NCBI GenBank assembly: GCA_016748015.1
Contig: JAAOMT010000638.1
Location: 1-64,000 of the forward strand
Direction of reading: 5' to 3'
Length of the DNA stretch: 64,000 nt
From: Geosiphon pyriformis uo1
Lineage: Eukaryota > Fungi > Glomeromycota
A program made the translations under genes and the position numbers. How positions within the stretch are numbered: position 1 is the stretch's first letter; every line of letters starts with the position of its first letter. The notes beneath the pieces were generated by a model. The model was given only the letters and a program-made list of their open reading frames with translations, was not told the DNA's origin and did not search any database. This document shows positions 38,101 to 52,070 of this stretch, piece by piece.

Positions 38101-41100
38101 AACTAATACATGTACATTTATATTGTTTTCGTATAAAAAAGAATTTTCTGAAATTGTAGATATTTTATTCGCACAACAGTTAAAAGTATTTTGGATTATT
38201 TGAAAATGGAAAATACAATAAAATATATTAGTAAATAAAATAAAATTAAATGCATTTTTTAAAACTAATTAAAATTTAATACACAAAAAAGCAGACAATT
38301 TTAAAGCCTTTTACGCACTAAAAAAAAATTGCCATAAATAAAATTATCTTTATTATTGAAAAAAAAATTAAATTTGATTTTCTAAAAAATTGTTACTTAT
38401 TTTATACAAATTTTAGAGCCTTGAATAAAAACTCAACTTTTTAGCAATTTAATTCTTCTGAATGATTATTTGATGCCAATTTTCAGCACAAATTTTATAT
38501 AATTTCCCATGTCAGAAAAATAACAACTTTTCAACTTTTTTTACTCAAACATTTTAAAAAATTTTTTTTTTTTAAAGATTTAATTAAATTTTTAATTATA
38601 TAAAATTGAAATGGTGTATAATTTTTTATATATATCTTGAGGCATTGCATTTTTGGGAAGACAGCTTGTTTTTTGTGATCAAATAATTTGTATGTTAGCA
38701 CTTCTGCATAGATAAAATATAAAGCAAAATAATTTACAGGGGTTTGTATGTTACAATTTGCAAAAATCAATTTCAGAAAAAGGAATATTTGAGCTTAATT
38801 TTTGATAAATGACCAAGCTTCATAAGAAACAAAACACAGCGCTACTATATATCACAAAAATGGTCACATGAAATGTTTTATTTACAAATTTGTAAAATTG
38901 AATTAGAGAGCTTAGATTATTGAAAAAGTAAAAATACATCCCTGTTGTTTAACAGGCAGTCATTAAACGTGGCAAAATTGGCTCAAAAATAAAATGGTAA
39001 ATTAAAAAAGGTAAAGGTAATATATGATTTTAACAAATACTTTTAGAAAATTTTCTTTATATATATTCTTAGAAGGGTTAACAATCAGGCTAATGATCAT
39101 TGATCAATTCAACGGCTCTGTTTAAAAAAGCTTCCAAGTTAAAAACAAATTATTAACGACTTGTAATAAGTATCTAATGGCAAAACACGTGTAATAATCT
39201 TAAAGAGAAATCTGATCATTTCCACAAACTAATTTTCTGCTTAGCTATAAAAGATGATGATTTCAATTTTATTTTTCTTAGAGAAGCGTTGTACAGTCCT
39301 GGAAATCGTTTCCAATTTTATTTTAGGCGGTTTCATAATTAAGAGACTTTATTTATAATTTTTTTTTTTTTTTTTACATATGACCATACTTCTTCTTCCT
39401 ATACGTGTTAAGAATCTAAGCAAACAATAACTTTTTACATACGATTGATGTGCTGACAATTCTTATTTTGTTCAAAGCGCATCTGTCATGGTGTTCCGAT
39501 CCTTTGAAACCAGAATTGAATTTTTAGTTAGCAGTTAATGCCTAGATAAATAAAGTTTTGGGATAATTTTGAGTACCAAGTCGGATTATACAAGGCTACA
39601 AACCTTACCGAAATTGTTCAAAGATTGGCATATTTCAGTCCAGCTAAGCAGATAGTCAGAAATAAAAGTAAGCGAAAAATATTTACCGGTGATATTTGTA
39701 AAATCTTTCTGTGCAAATTGACTATAGAATTGCTGGTGGATAAAGGTAGGATATAAGAATGGGGAATAATTTTTAGAATTGTTCAAGATGACCATTTAAA
39801 AAATATACTTTACCCTATGACATGACAAATGCCAAGAGAATTTTCATAATTTTAAAGTATAAAAAAATACATAATAAGAATAAACTATTATGTGAATGCA
39901 TATTAATTTGGGAAATTCATGTCATACTCTTAAGTGAAAAAGCTTTCCATGCGTGAATTCTTTTTACATCCTAGCAAAATTTTGATCAATCAGCCCCTTT
40001 ATCAGACTTCAAATGACCTTGAAAAAAATACCAAATATAGGGAATTTTCTTGCTACAATGATTCTTTGCAATTATAATTGTTTTCAATTTGAAATATTTT
40101 CCAATTCCAAAGACTCATCCTTAAAATTAATTATTGCATAAACCTAATTGTATTGCATGATAGCCAAAAATTGTCAAAGAGCATTGGGCGTCAAACCCGG
40201 GAAATTTCGCCAAGGCTTAGGACTTTGAACCAGAAATTTGTTTCAGGATAGGTTTTATAGGAATATTCAGGAATAGATCTTCCAATTGAAAACAAGAATA
40301 GAAGAATTACGTTTTCCGAGAATTCAATCTTCCACCTTTCTGATCCAATTTTTAATACTTCAATTAACTTTTTACGAGGTTCCACGAGAGAAATTTGGGT
40401 TTTAAATTTCTATGCGGCAAATCAAATAATCATTCTGAGGACATTGGAGTCTTTTCAATTTTTATTGCAAGCTAATAATTCTTCAAAGACAAGCAAATAA
40501 GTAGAAATTTCGATTCCTTTTTTTAATGGTTTCATTTTCGATAGGTAAAACATCAGGGTTCTCACATTTTTTTCGTTAAAATATGCGCTCTCAAAAATTT
40601 CCTCGAAAAATTTCCGATCATATTTTCCAGTAAGAATTATTTTTCTTTTCTTTGTTTACTTTTACATCGACAAAAGAGGAAAAGATTTTCATATTATATT
40701 ACTCTATCTTCTTTGAGATCGAAAGTTTAGGATTATATATAGAACAAAATATACATTGCAAAGCAAAAGCTTCTAAAAATCGAAGCGAAATTTAACTCAA
40801 TATTCCCATTGAGAAACTAATTATTATTTATAGAAAAAAATTAATTTTCAATATCTCAAGTGATTGCACCGCAAATGATTTTGTTTGCGAGCATTCAGAA
40901 AATCAACAGAGGAAAATCTTATTATTTAAGTTTTTTTTTACATAATTTCAAATGGTGATAGACCCGATTTTAGGCGGGAACCATTTATTATCTAATCGAA
41001 TGCTAATTATTAATAATCAATTGATTAAATTTGTATTTTTATCATGAGTAACAATCAAAGATAATCATTTTTGAAATGGGATTTATATCATTGCAATACT

Positions 41101-44100
41101 TTTCTAAATTTATATATTTGATTCCGTTCCATTAATTTAATCAATCAGCAAAAGGTTACTGAGTAGATATTTCTTTTTTCTAAAAAAGAACTTTTAGAGA
41201 AAGAAAAAAGAAGAATTAATATTATGATTTTCTGAGCTTTTATTTCCAGAATCATAAAAATAAAATAAAAAAAAATAAAAATAAAACATTTGAACAATAT
41301 CTCAATTTAATTCTTGAATTTTCATGTGCTGCATATATAAACCATAATTTCACTAAAATTTTTCTTTGAGAGCTAAGAATCTGATTTTGTAAATAAATCT
41401 ATGTGAAACTAATAAACTTCAATCTATAATTCTCAAGATGACTTTCAAATATTGTCGTTTACTATTTTTTTATCATCTAAAATAAACTTTCAAAAAATGA
41501 TTATTCACAGAATTATGGTTAAAACTAAAAAATAATTGGCAAAGTGATTTAAATTGTTGAAGCCTAACTAAAAAATTCTTATTTTATTGTCAGATCAGGC
41601 TAATTCAACAATATCAATGTATGCTTTCTAACAATATTTATGACATTTTAAAAAATTTTCTCATAACATTTTTTAAATTTAGTTGATTCATATAAAACAA
41701 AATTTTGTGTTTAATAAAAACTGCTAATAAACCTCCCTTTTTAATTTTTAAATTATAAGAACAATATTGGATTAATCTGATTTAAAAAAAAAACTGCGAA
41801 AAACCTATTTATCAAGATTAAATAAAATTTATATCAATTATTAAGTAATTTAAGAAAGTTTTTATACTCACTCAACATTAATCATGATAATACATATAAA
41901 AAAAAAAAAACAATAAGAAATTTTAATGAATTGTTTTCGCAACAAAAAATTGTTTATATCCTAAATTTTTAATTTTATATATTCATAATTTTTTCAAACT
42001 AAACTTTTAAGCTTACAAAAACAATAAATAATAATCATCATCATCTTTACGTCAGTGATTATTCTAGAGAGAACATGATAGCATAATATTGCAGAAGCAA
42101 TCCTGTAAAACTAAAAGAATGAAATCTATGATTATCATCAAAAAATAAGTCAGCCTAACTTAAAATTGACTTAAGCTGATTATTTATCATTTTTTATCGA
42201 ATCTTAAGAAAGGTTTAAATTTCGCTACAAAGAAAGTTCCCGAACGTGAATTTTGAATTTGGGGCATAGTATTATTTTGCAAGGAAATAATGTCCATTTA
42301 TCACTCTTTTCTTCGTTTGCAATAAAACCTAACGTATTTTTTTTACCTCAGCAAAAGACTCTTATATTTGAGCTATAAGAAGTTTGAAAGACTCAAAATT
42401 GAGTTTAACAAAAATTTGAAAGCTATTTATTTCCAAGAAATTTGAAATCAAAATTTTCCCTATTCCTTTCAAGATTCTTGTAAAGGTTATTGCGATATTT
42501 TTTAATTAATTATTAATTAATTCTTTTTTCTGAACAAAGTTTCGATCTTTCACCTTACTAATGGAAAAATGAACTGTTAGGTATAAAGATGTGCTGAAAA
42601 AGAAAATCTACTTTTCGGATATATGGTATTTCTAAATTTTTTCTAAATACTTTATCCTCAGGTACGAATTTTTTTTATTTTCAAATATCAAATATGATTT
42701 ATTTCGGACGATCAAAAATCCTTTTAATAGTTTTTTTACGATGAGCACTTTTTGGCTAAATCTTTTTTTCAAAAATTAAATTCATTCAAAGTATCCATGA
42801 TCAAAGTTCCTTAAGAAGGTTTAAAGAGACAGAAATTTAGTATTAAAAAAATTTTTTACCTTCTGAAAGAAATCGAGATACAAAAAAATTATTTTAACAT
42901 AAAGTTTTTTACTTATCCAAATATAGTAGCGTAAAGCCTTAAAATATGGATGAACAAAATTAATAATAACAAGAAACGCCAATCTGTTAAAAAGTTGACT
43001 TAATGAACTGCTGCAAAAACCTTTAAAACAAACAATAAATATTTATGCCATGAGGGAATTTTAAAATAATTTTGTGACTTTCGATGTCACACATAATTAG
43101 TGTAGTTTTTATCTTCAAAGTTTTAAATTTTCTTTCCGATATCACCGCCCAGATCACATTTTGATAATAATTTTTAAAAAATTAAATCAGATATCAGCTT
43201 TTAAAATCAAAAAAAAATTGCCCGATCGGTAAACACAGTTTTTCGAATATTTGACTTTAATAATAATTCAAGTTTCATAATCTTAATTGATAAATTTTTG
43301 TAAGTTTACGTTAGAGTTAAATCATATAAAACTTTTGATGAGTTCATCAAAAGAATTTAAAGTTGTTGGGGATTTCAAGTTTTCCTTGCGGCATTTTTGA
43401 AATACGGACAGGATAAATTTTAATTTTCAGGTCATCATATAATAATACGTTTACTATGCGCGTTCTCGGCATTCGTTGCTCAGTGAAAACATTTTTGGGA
43501 AATCACGATATTGATATTTTTACGAATCTATTATTGTTAAAATATCAGAATTTTATTGATCACAAATATCACAATAAAAAGACAAGAATACTATTAAAAT
43601 TAAACCTGAATACTCGAAAGATAATGACAAATTAAATTGATCATTTCTTCCCACAGTCGTGGAACGAATTCGAATTGAAAGATAATATATTCACTCGATG
43701 CGAAATATTTTCTCTTAGTTTATAAATATTTTTGACTTCTTACATAATATATAAGGAGGAAGTATTTTGAAAAATGGGAAAGTTTGATCGATTCGAAGAA
43801 TTTTGATTTAAAGGACCGTCTTGCTCCCTTTCGAGAGGGTGCATCAAAGGAATGTGAATAAGAGAAAAGAAAATCGCAAAATAAAGGGTGTTGACTTTGA
43901 AAACATCCCAACCAAAGTTAAAGATGTTTTCTTGGTAATGAAAAAATTTTTTTAATGCGCTCATTGGCCCTAATATCTGAAAATTTTCAAAGTCAACTAA
44001 CTTTATTGTGTGATATACATAACAAGTGCCATTATTGCTCAGCAAAGCACTTCATTTGGTCTTAAAGTGATTTCATTTCTTGAAAATTTTTCATTGGTTG

Positions 44101-45147
44101 TTTTTTGCTGCTTTGTTCTTGGAAAGATTAAGCCTTTACCACTTGTTCATTAGTCGATTGTTGTGACAATTTTGTTCCAGGTTTGTACATGATTTTTTTC
44201 ACTTTCTGCAAATTTTTTTGATGATGAAAATTGCAGTTAAACTCTTTGCAAGTTTCATTGGTTAGAAAAGGCGATAAATTACTCTGAAAATTCACTAGAT
44301 TCTCGATTGTTTTACTCGATTTCAAATGGCTATGCTTGGGGTACTTTCTCATGTGCCTTATGAATAGATCTATAAGGAATAAGTCATCCCTGCTTTTCGC
44401 ATGCATTGTTTAATGAAGATTTTGGTGCATGAACTATCTATCTAGCAACAATCAAAAACTGGCTTATTCCAAAAATTTTCGAAAAATAAAGTTAAAAGAT
44501 ATCATGGTGTAGTGTTAACAATCTGTGAATTCTTCCTCCCCCAAACAATGTCAAGAAACTCGGGTTGCATTTAATAAATTATCCTGCTTGACAGGTAAGA
44601 ATTTTTTAAAATCAAGGGTTCAAATAAAATTCTTACTGTTTATCAGCAAGAAGGCGTAAGTTAATTGTGACAATAAAATTGATCACAGAGCTTACAACAG
44701 TTGATAGCCAGTTAATCTCTTCGTTTTGGCAGGCCAATTAAACTAGTACCTGATAAAGTTTGGGAAATGCAGGCATCAGGGCTTAGCCTGAAAGACGCCT
44801 TGCTACCCTTACCCACCGTACAGCATGCCATTTAAAAAATGCATCCATTTACAAGATGCCAGACTTTAGGGTTTGAGTCACATTTATAAATGCCACTGCA
44901 TTTATATTTTTTCCCCAAGATTTGGCACCATTTATGATCCCTTTCTATTGGGTCATTCCCCGTTTCTAAGAAAAAAATGTAATTGATCGTTTATAATTAA
45001 TAAAGCGAGAAAAAACCTTTCCTGGCTTCTAGGCAATTTTACCCAAAGACTAGCAAAAAAAAATATAGTATGGTGCTGGCTTATCAATAGTTAATATCGT
45101 ATTCCTCTCTCAAAAGGAAAAAAAGGCAGTTTACTCATTAACGATCA

Positions 45148-45168
45148 ACACACACACACACACACACA
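45148..45168 (+). repeat. (CA)n microsatellite
   Basis: acacacacacacacacacaca. Confidence 0.85.
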
Positions 45169-47279
45169 TAAAAAGTAGGATGCTCGCATGTGCAGCTTTC
45201 AAAAAAATACCATTGTTTGCTCCCTCAAAAGATAATTATATATTGAAGGAACCTACCTTTTTAGTATGCTACAATTTATAGTTTCAATCCACAACTGATA
45301 TATTGAGAATTTTAGAGGAAATTTTCTTTCAATCTGTAAGTACTACATTATATCGTTAAGTGCTTTTTCTTGAAAATCATTCATATTTCACCACTTGCAA
45401 AGATCTTTACTGTCTTTGAGACAATATTTTATTATTAACAATATCAGACAATATTTCTTATCATTTGAAATAATAATCTCAAATCCATCAATTAGATTGA
45501 TATTTTTTTTTATTATGGCGTGAGTAAATTAATTTTTTCTTAAACGCACGCTGAAAACATTTATATCAAAAAAAATCAGAGACCGGAAAAACCCTCCCAC
45601 TTATTTGATTCCATTTTGGGTTTCCTAAACATTTCAGATTCTAATTAATTTAAATTACATTCCTAAATTTTGTTAGAGCAATATCTGTGCATAACAATAA
45701 AAACAAGGATGCACCGATATCTCGTTTTTTGGAAATTTTCTAACGCAGTTATCTCTTTTAGCTCGATCATAGATTTTGAAATTTCATTAAGCTTCGTTTC
45801 ACAATTGCTTATTATAATAATTTTATAACACACACTTTTTATTTTAAACAACATCTACGATTTTTTAAAACTGAATAAAGCATAACTAGTGTGATTTAAC
45901 GGTCAAATTGACGAAAACATTCATTATTTAAACAGATATAATAAAATTTATGGTTACTTGTCCCTATTTGAATCTTTAAGACAAAGAAAAATGGTTGTGA
46001 AATAGTACTCGTATACATTGAGGAAGAACTTGAAAATATTTTGTCCCTCTAATATTTTGAAAGAAAAAAATTGCTAAGCTTGTCAGGAGATAGCAAATGT
46101 TACAGTTTAACTTTGAGAACATTTTTAAAAAAATTTTCAAATAAAATTTTTTTAAGTCAGAATTAACAAATATCACAAAAAATTAATATTATAAAAAACA
46201 TATTTTTTATGGCATATACACTATATCTTATATCTAAAAACAGACAAGTTATTTAATTGAATCAGTGAATTTTTACATTTATATATTTTTCTAATGAAAA
46301 CAAACTTTTAGGATTTATTTTCCTTGCTAGAATACAGTCATAAAGTTGATTACTAAAATGAAAACAGTGTTACTGAATTGATCAAATATTTCATAAATTT
46401 GTAAAATTATATATATATTTTTTGGGCTCACAATTATTAAAACAAAAAGGTAGTATTTATTCTTTTTTGAATACAATTTTAAAATAAATGCTTAGTCATT
46501 CTTAGTTTATTTGAAATATTATGAAATCAAATGAATGAGTTAAATATTTTTAGGCAAGGCTCTTGTTCAAAATAAAAAATTATCAGTACAAAAGTATATT
46601 TATATCTTGATGTGAGATTTCAAAAATTGAATCATGATCCTTTATAAGACAAGACCAAAGTTATTTGACTAAGTGTAGTAATGCATATGACAACACAATT
46701 TGAACAAACCTGAATTCATTTTCGTGCAATTCCTGAAAATTATATACCGAGATAAAGACCTAACTCTTGATTCGATTGTCCCAAGCTTAAATTCTAAAAA
46801 GAAAGTGTGAAAATTAAAATAAGTGTGATAGTAAAAATATTAAAAGAATTGAGTAGACTTTGATGCAAGATTTTTAATAGTGCTTAGTAATTTTAGCTTA
46901 CAAAAAAAACTTTGGATAAATTGATAATTGATATAAGCAACCAAAAGAATAAAAAGTTGTTTTCTTTATTCTAAAACAAATTTAAGCTTATTTTTATTTT
47001 TACCATATTTCACTAACTTCGTTACTGCTCAGATCATAATGTTTATGCACTGCATAGTGTTTGAAAGAACTTTTTTAAACCGTATTCAGTTTCTAGCCAC
47101 GATTCTCTTTCATGGTAGAAAAATGCGTCTTTTGGCATAAGCTGTTTTGATAATAATCATTTGAATGAGTTAATTTTTCTTTCATATAACATGATTAAAG
47201 TCAGCTCACCACCGCTGAAATAACATCTGAAAAAAAAATTGTTTGACAATTCCTAAAATTAGTTTTATGTAAAAATTCG

Positions 47280-47470
47280 ATCTCTGCTGCTTTAGAATAG
47301 ATTTCGAATCCTTTTTCAGAATTTCTAGTTGTTCCCTGTCCACCATGTAAGGTTGTGTTAGACATCTGAATTCCCCAATTCGGCTGCCTTTGAGTAATGC
47401 TCATATGCTTTCCCAAAATCTTTTGTTATTCAATACTATGCTCAACAAAGCAATAGAAAACACTCTCCTG
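47280..47470 (-). pseudogene. Sel1-repeat protein pseudogene fragment
   Basis: Across frameshifts it reads YCF.EHSI / ITKDFGKAYEHYSKAAELGNSDV*HNL / GQGTTRNSEKGFEIYSKAAE, i.e. two Sel1 repeats, with stops and frameshifts. Confidence 0.8.
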
Positions 47471-50228
47471 CATATTTTACACAATTTATTAACAAAGAAT
47501 GACATCATTCTTTGAACATAGCCAATCCGAATAGCATCGATTAGAGCTTCTTCGGTGATTAAACGGGTCCGGATAGAATAAAATCAGAGAAATTTGTTCT
47601 TATTTTGAGTGAACGCTAAAATGCAGGATATCTGTCTATTCACAACTAAGCTTTTCTTAAGTTCAGCTGTCGATTAAATTTATAGAAAGTTTAAAAATAA
47701 GCAATAGGTATTTAGATTACATTTTAAGGCAAAAATTGAGGTGAGACTAAAACAATATTTACCAATAATTTTTTCTCCAAGCACAACTTTTTCAACATCA
47801 TTTTGAGAATAATAATAATAAGGAAAATTTGCAAGTATGGCCATAACTCTTAAGAAGCTTATTTTCATTTGGCATCCTTTTGAAAAATTTTAGCTTATTA
47901 ATTTGTTGACTCCTTTTTGTCGCATTCATAATTTGACTCCCATTTAAAATTTAAGAAAGTTCTGTAGATAAATGCCAGTGTGCAAATAATTATAAGAAAC
48001 TTGACCTTTTTTAAGCTTCATATTCGACTTTAACTAAGTCAAGAATTAGGTCTTTAACTTGGGAAAAATTTCATTTTTATTTTTTCAGTGATAAAGGTTT
48101 TTGATTTCTTAATAACAAAAGTAATGGTTTATAAGGTAAAAACAAAATGAGCATTTTTCGAAAGGCGAATTGGAGGATGAAATATCAATCAGATAACATA
48201 AAAGTTAAATTTTCTCAATTTTGCAAGGGTTTTTAAACAAGCCAATTTTTGAAATCTTGTATTTATTTTGGTAAGGTTTTCTCTATAAAATTTTTTTTGG
48301 AATTCTAAGTCATACTCTCTTATAAGGGAACATAGTTTGAAAATTTGAGAAGTCGAAACCGATTTTTAAAAAACGTTTCAATAAAATAATTTTTTTTTAA
48401 AATACAGTATAATTCAGATGTTTTGAGAACTTTCATCACATTGTTAGCTGATTTTAAGAATTTAAGTTTTTTCATTAAATTGAATAGTTATTAGAAGATT
48501 TTCTCTTTTTCAAAATAACCAATAATATCGACAAAATAAATTGGATCAAATCTCTTTTCATTTTTTGTCATTGTTTTTTAACTTTAGATACTCAAGATTT
48601 TTCTAATTTTTCTTTATCAATAACTAGCTAGAAGAAAATATAAAGTTAATTCATAAATATTATTTCAAACTTGGGTATATGAAAACATACTAATTGAATT
48701 AATTGTATTTGTCTTATGTATTCGTCATTATTGTAACCTTTTAACATATTAATTTAGTCAATATTTACAAGAAAAATGTTGCTCATTATACAAAGACAAA
48801 TAAATCTTTCGCTTAATGGGAGATTTTTGTTGAAATTTCATTAAAAAAAAAAGTGATTTTAAATAGCACATCTTATTTAGAATTTGTTATCTGAATTTTG
48901 AGTCATAAGCAGCTTAAAATATTTTTCCCTAATTTTGTTTGAAAATAAGACTATTAGAATTCTTGTTCAAAATATTAAAGCTTTCAAAAAAGATGAAGGA
49001 TTAAAAACATCAACATTTTTATTGGCCAGATACTTATCATATATTTGTAAGCTTAGCATATTTTCAAAAATTTCTCTAGATCAATTTTAATTTAATTATT
49101 AGATAATTTTAATGATACCAGTATTCATATGCAAAATTACAGCACCATTAAATCAAAATCTTCTCCTAATTTGGGTTTCCAATAAATTTGCGATTATCTT
49201 CCGCACTGCACAGCTTTTGAAATTTTAAATTACATCCTTCTTCAGTTCTAAAATTCTAAAATTTGTTTGTAAAGTCTAAAGAATATAAAATTTAACAAGT
49301 CACTTGCTCAGAGTCTAAGAAAGGGTATCTCAGGTTATCAAAATTTTTGCTCAATGTAATTAATTTTTTAATGTTTTTTCTTTTACTTTGGCAAAATATG
49401 AAACCGTTAATAAATATGGTGTAAAGCAAGGATCTGCGTGAGTCCAAAATGCAAATTTTTTTTAAGTATTACTTGCCTTGTTTCACATTTTAGTTTTGAA
49501 TATCATCATAATGGTGTTGGATCACATTTGAAATGAATTAGTGCGACCGAAATATCTCGAGCGTAAAAGAAAATCTTTAAAAACTATCAAGATCTTTTTA
49601 TTGGAAATTTATCTATAATTAATATGGCTTTCTTGTTAACGTTAATTGAAAATAAAAAACTTCGCGCATTAAGCCAAAGATATTGAAAATTTCTTTTGAA
49701 CTATCGTTTAAACAAACTTTATTTTGGAAAAAGTGATGTGATTTTACATTTTTAATATCCCAAATCAAATTTAGAAACTTTATTATGAAATCTTTAAACC
49801 AGAATACAAAAAAAAAAAGTAATTGCCATCGAAAAAATTAGTTTATAATACCAATAGATTATTTTTATAGCATATCCAATGTTATTGATATTATTTAAAA
49901 ACTTTCTCAAAACTTCTGGTAGTTTTTTCTCTTTGAACATATTAAAATAACCAATAAACAACAAATCAAGCTAAAAAAAACTCATCAAAAAATCGAGAAC
50001 ACTCTAGACTCTATTCCATCTTACCAATCATTTTCAAAAATTTTTAACACTGGTTTTAAAAAGAGATTTCCTGGTATTTGTAACGAATCACAGATAACTC
50101 TGAAATGTTTATTTACGAGTAAAATATTTAAACTACTTGGCTTTCAATATATATACATGTAATTTTGTTTCAATTTCTAATTTTTGGGTCTATTATAAAA
50201 CAAATAAAAATTGATGCACTAATCAGCC

Positions 50229-50267
50229 TCATCATCATCATCATCATCATCATTATCATCATCATCA
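50229..50267 (+). repeat. (TCA)n microsatellite
   Basis: Visible in the sequence. Confidence 0.9.
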
Positions 50268-50897
50268 ATTAATCCGAAAAAATTATTTTCATGCAAACAT
50301 CGATTTTCAATACTTTTTAATAAATTTTTAAGGATCAAAGATAATGATTAAGGCAAGTTTAATTGATATACTGATGAATCTAGATTTTTAGCTTTTTTAA
50401 CTCTGAAGTTTGAAAATATGTCGGTTAAAATGAATGCTACCTTTTTTGGACATAAACAATTCGACAAAATATATTAGGCTTTAATCAATTCAAATTTAAT
50501 TTTAGATATAATTCAATACAATTTATTCTGAGGCATTACTTAATCTTTTGTATTTTAAAAAAATCGGAGATGAATAAAAAAGAGGAAATTAAATTTTTCT
50601 TTGTTTATTTTCCATGATTTTAATATTTTTCTTGTAGACCATATTTGTGTGTTTGATGTTCAAATTACGATCACAGATTTTTTTATTTGCTTCCACAACA
50701 TGTTGAACCCTGCATAATGTGTTATTCCACGTGTACACTTTGATTTCAGTCCAGAACGTTAAAAGTTAAAAAGCGATTCTTTTAAAAGAGAAGGATAGAT
50801 ATGTCAAAATTATTTTTGGTAATTTTGTTATTTCTTCGGTCTCTGGTCATTACTGATTCAGTCATCATCTTAAATAGTTAATATCAAGCTCATAATA

Positions 50898-52070
50898 ATG
50901 GGCAACGTAACCCGTAAATTTTCGCGAAATCATAGTTCAAATACTACCCTCAATAAAATTTGTATCATTAACGGCCGAAAATTCTTTAATAATAAAGATG
51001 TGTGCTGGCCTCACCCAATAGATAACAACGAACTTGACAGATTACAAATGGAACATTATATTATTCAACATTCTTGGCAGGCGAACTTTGTGAGTCCTAT
51101 TTATGAAGTTTTACGATCAGGTGGTAGTGTTCTTGATATTGGGTAAGGTTTCTGATTCATTAAAATTTGAATGTTCAAGCTAAAATTCTTCATCTCTAAC
51201 CATTACTTTTCTTTCTTTTTTTCTAATTTTTTTCAAAGTTGTGGTCCAGGAACATGGGCATTAGAAATAGCGTTCGAATTTCCTGAATCTTTTGTAACAG
51301 GAATTGATCTTACAACAATTTTTCCAACACAAATTAAACCTCGAAACACTAATTTTTTCGAACATAATATTTCAATGGGATGTCCATGGAGTTCTGCGGC
51401 AAATTTTGATTTTATACATCAACGATTTGTTGCACCTGGAATTCGAGCAAAAGATTGGGAACGTGTATTAGTCAAAGAATATGCTCGTATATTGAAATCT
51501 GGTGGATGGCTCGAAATTATTGAAGGCTATTTACTTGTTAATCCTGGACCAATAGGATCATGTTTATTTGATGCCTGTAAGTTTCCCCAATTTTTTTTGC
51601 TTTTAAAAAACTTTTTCATTCTTCAAATTTCATAATAAAATAATTTTCTTTTAAATTTTTTAGTAAATTCATATTACGCATCTCGTGGTGCCCACGTGAA
51701 AATTACTAAATATCTAAAAAAATACTTAACAAACAATAATCAATTCACAAACATAAAACATCAAGAGAAAGACATTCCAATAGGTAGTTGGGCGGGTTCT
51801 ACTGGTTTATTGGTAGGTTCTAGCCTCTCTATTCTTTTTTTTGGGGCTTAGATTAAAGTTACTGATCTTAACCTCATTCTAAATTTTCAGACAATCGATA
51901 ATTTTGTATCCCTATTTGACTCAATATCGGCTCAATTATCAGAATTCATGAATATTGATATGGAAGAGTACAATTGTTTAACAATGGCTCTTTCAAGCGA
52001 AGTTAACGAATACAAAACTTGTTGGAAAATAGAACGCTTTGTTGCGCAAAAGGTTATAACGGAAACCTAA
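50898..52070 (+). CDS. LaeA-like class I SAM-dependent methyltransferase (303 aa)
   Basis: Exons 50898-51142, 51239-51576, 51664-51812 and 51891-52070 are in frame. Motifs PIDNNELDRLQMEH, VLDIGCGPGTW, VTGIDL, FDFIHQR, RILKSGGWLEIIE, IPIGSW and FVAQK. Confidence 0.93.

Noticed and set aside
43332-43353. Hairpin cttttgatga-gt-tcatcaaaag as a Helitron 3' end
   Set aside because: No correctly spaced CTRR terminus; plausible by chance in AT-rich DNA.
43720-44406. Minus-strand ORFs of 63-101 aa
   Set aside because: No recognisable motif and no convincing splice model joining them.
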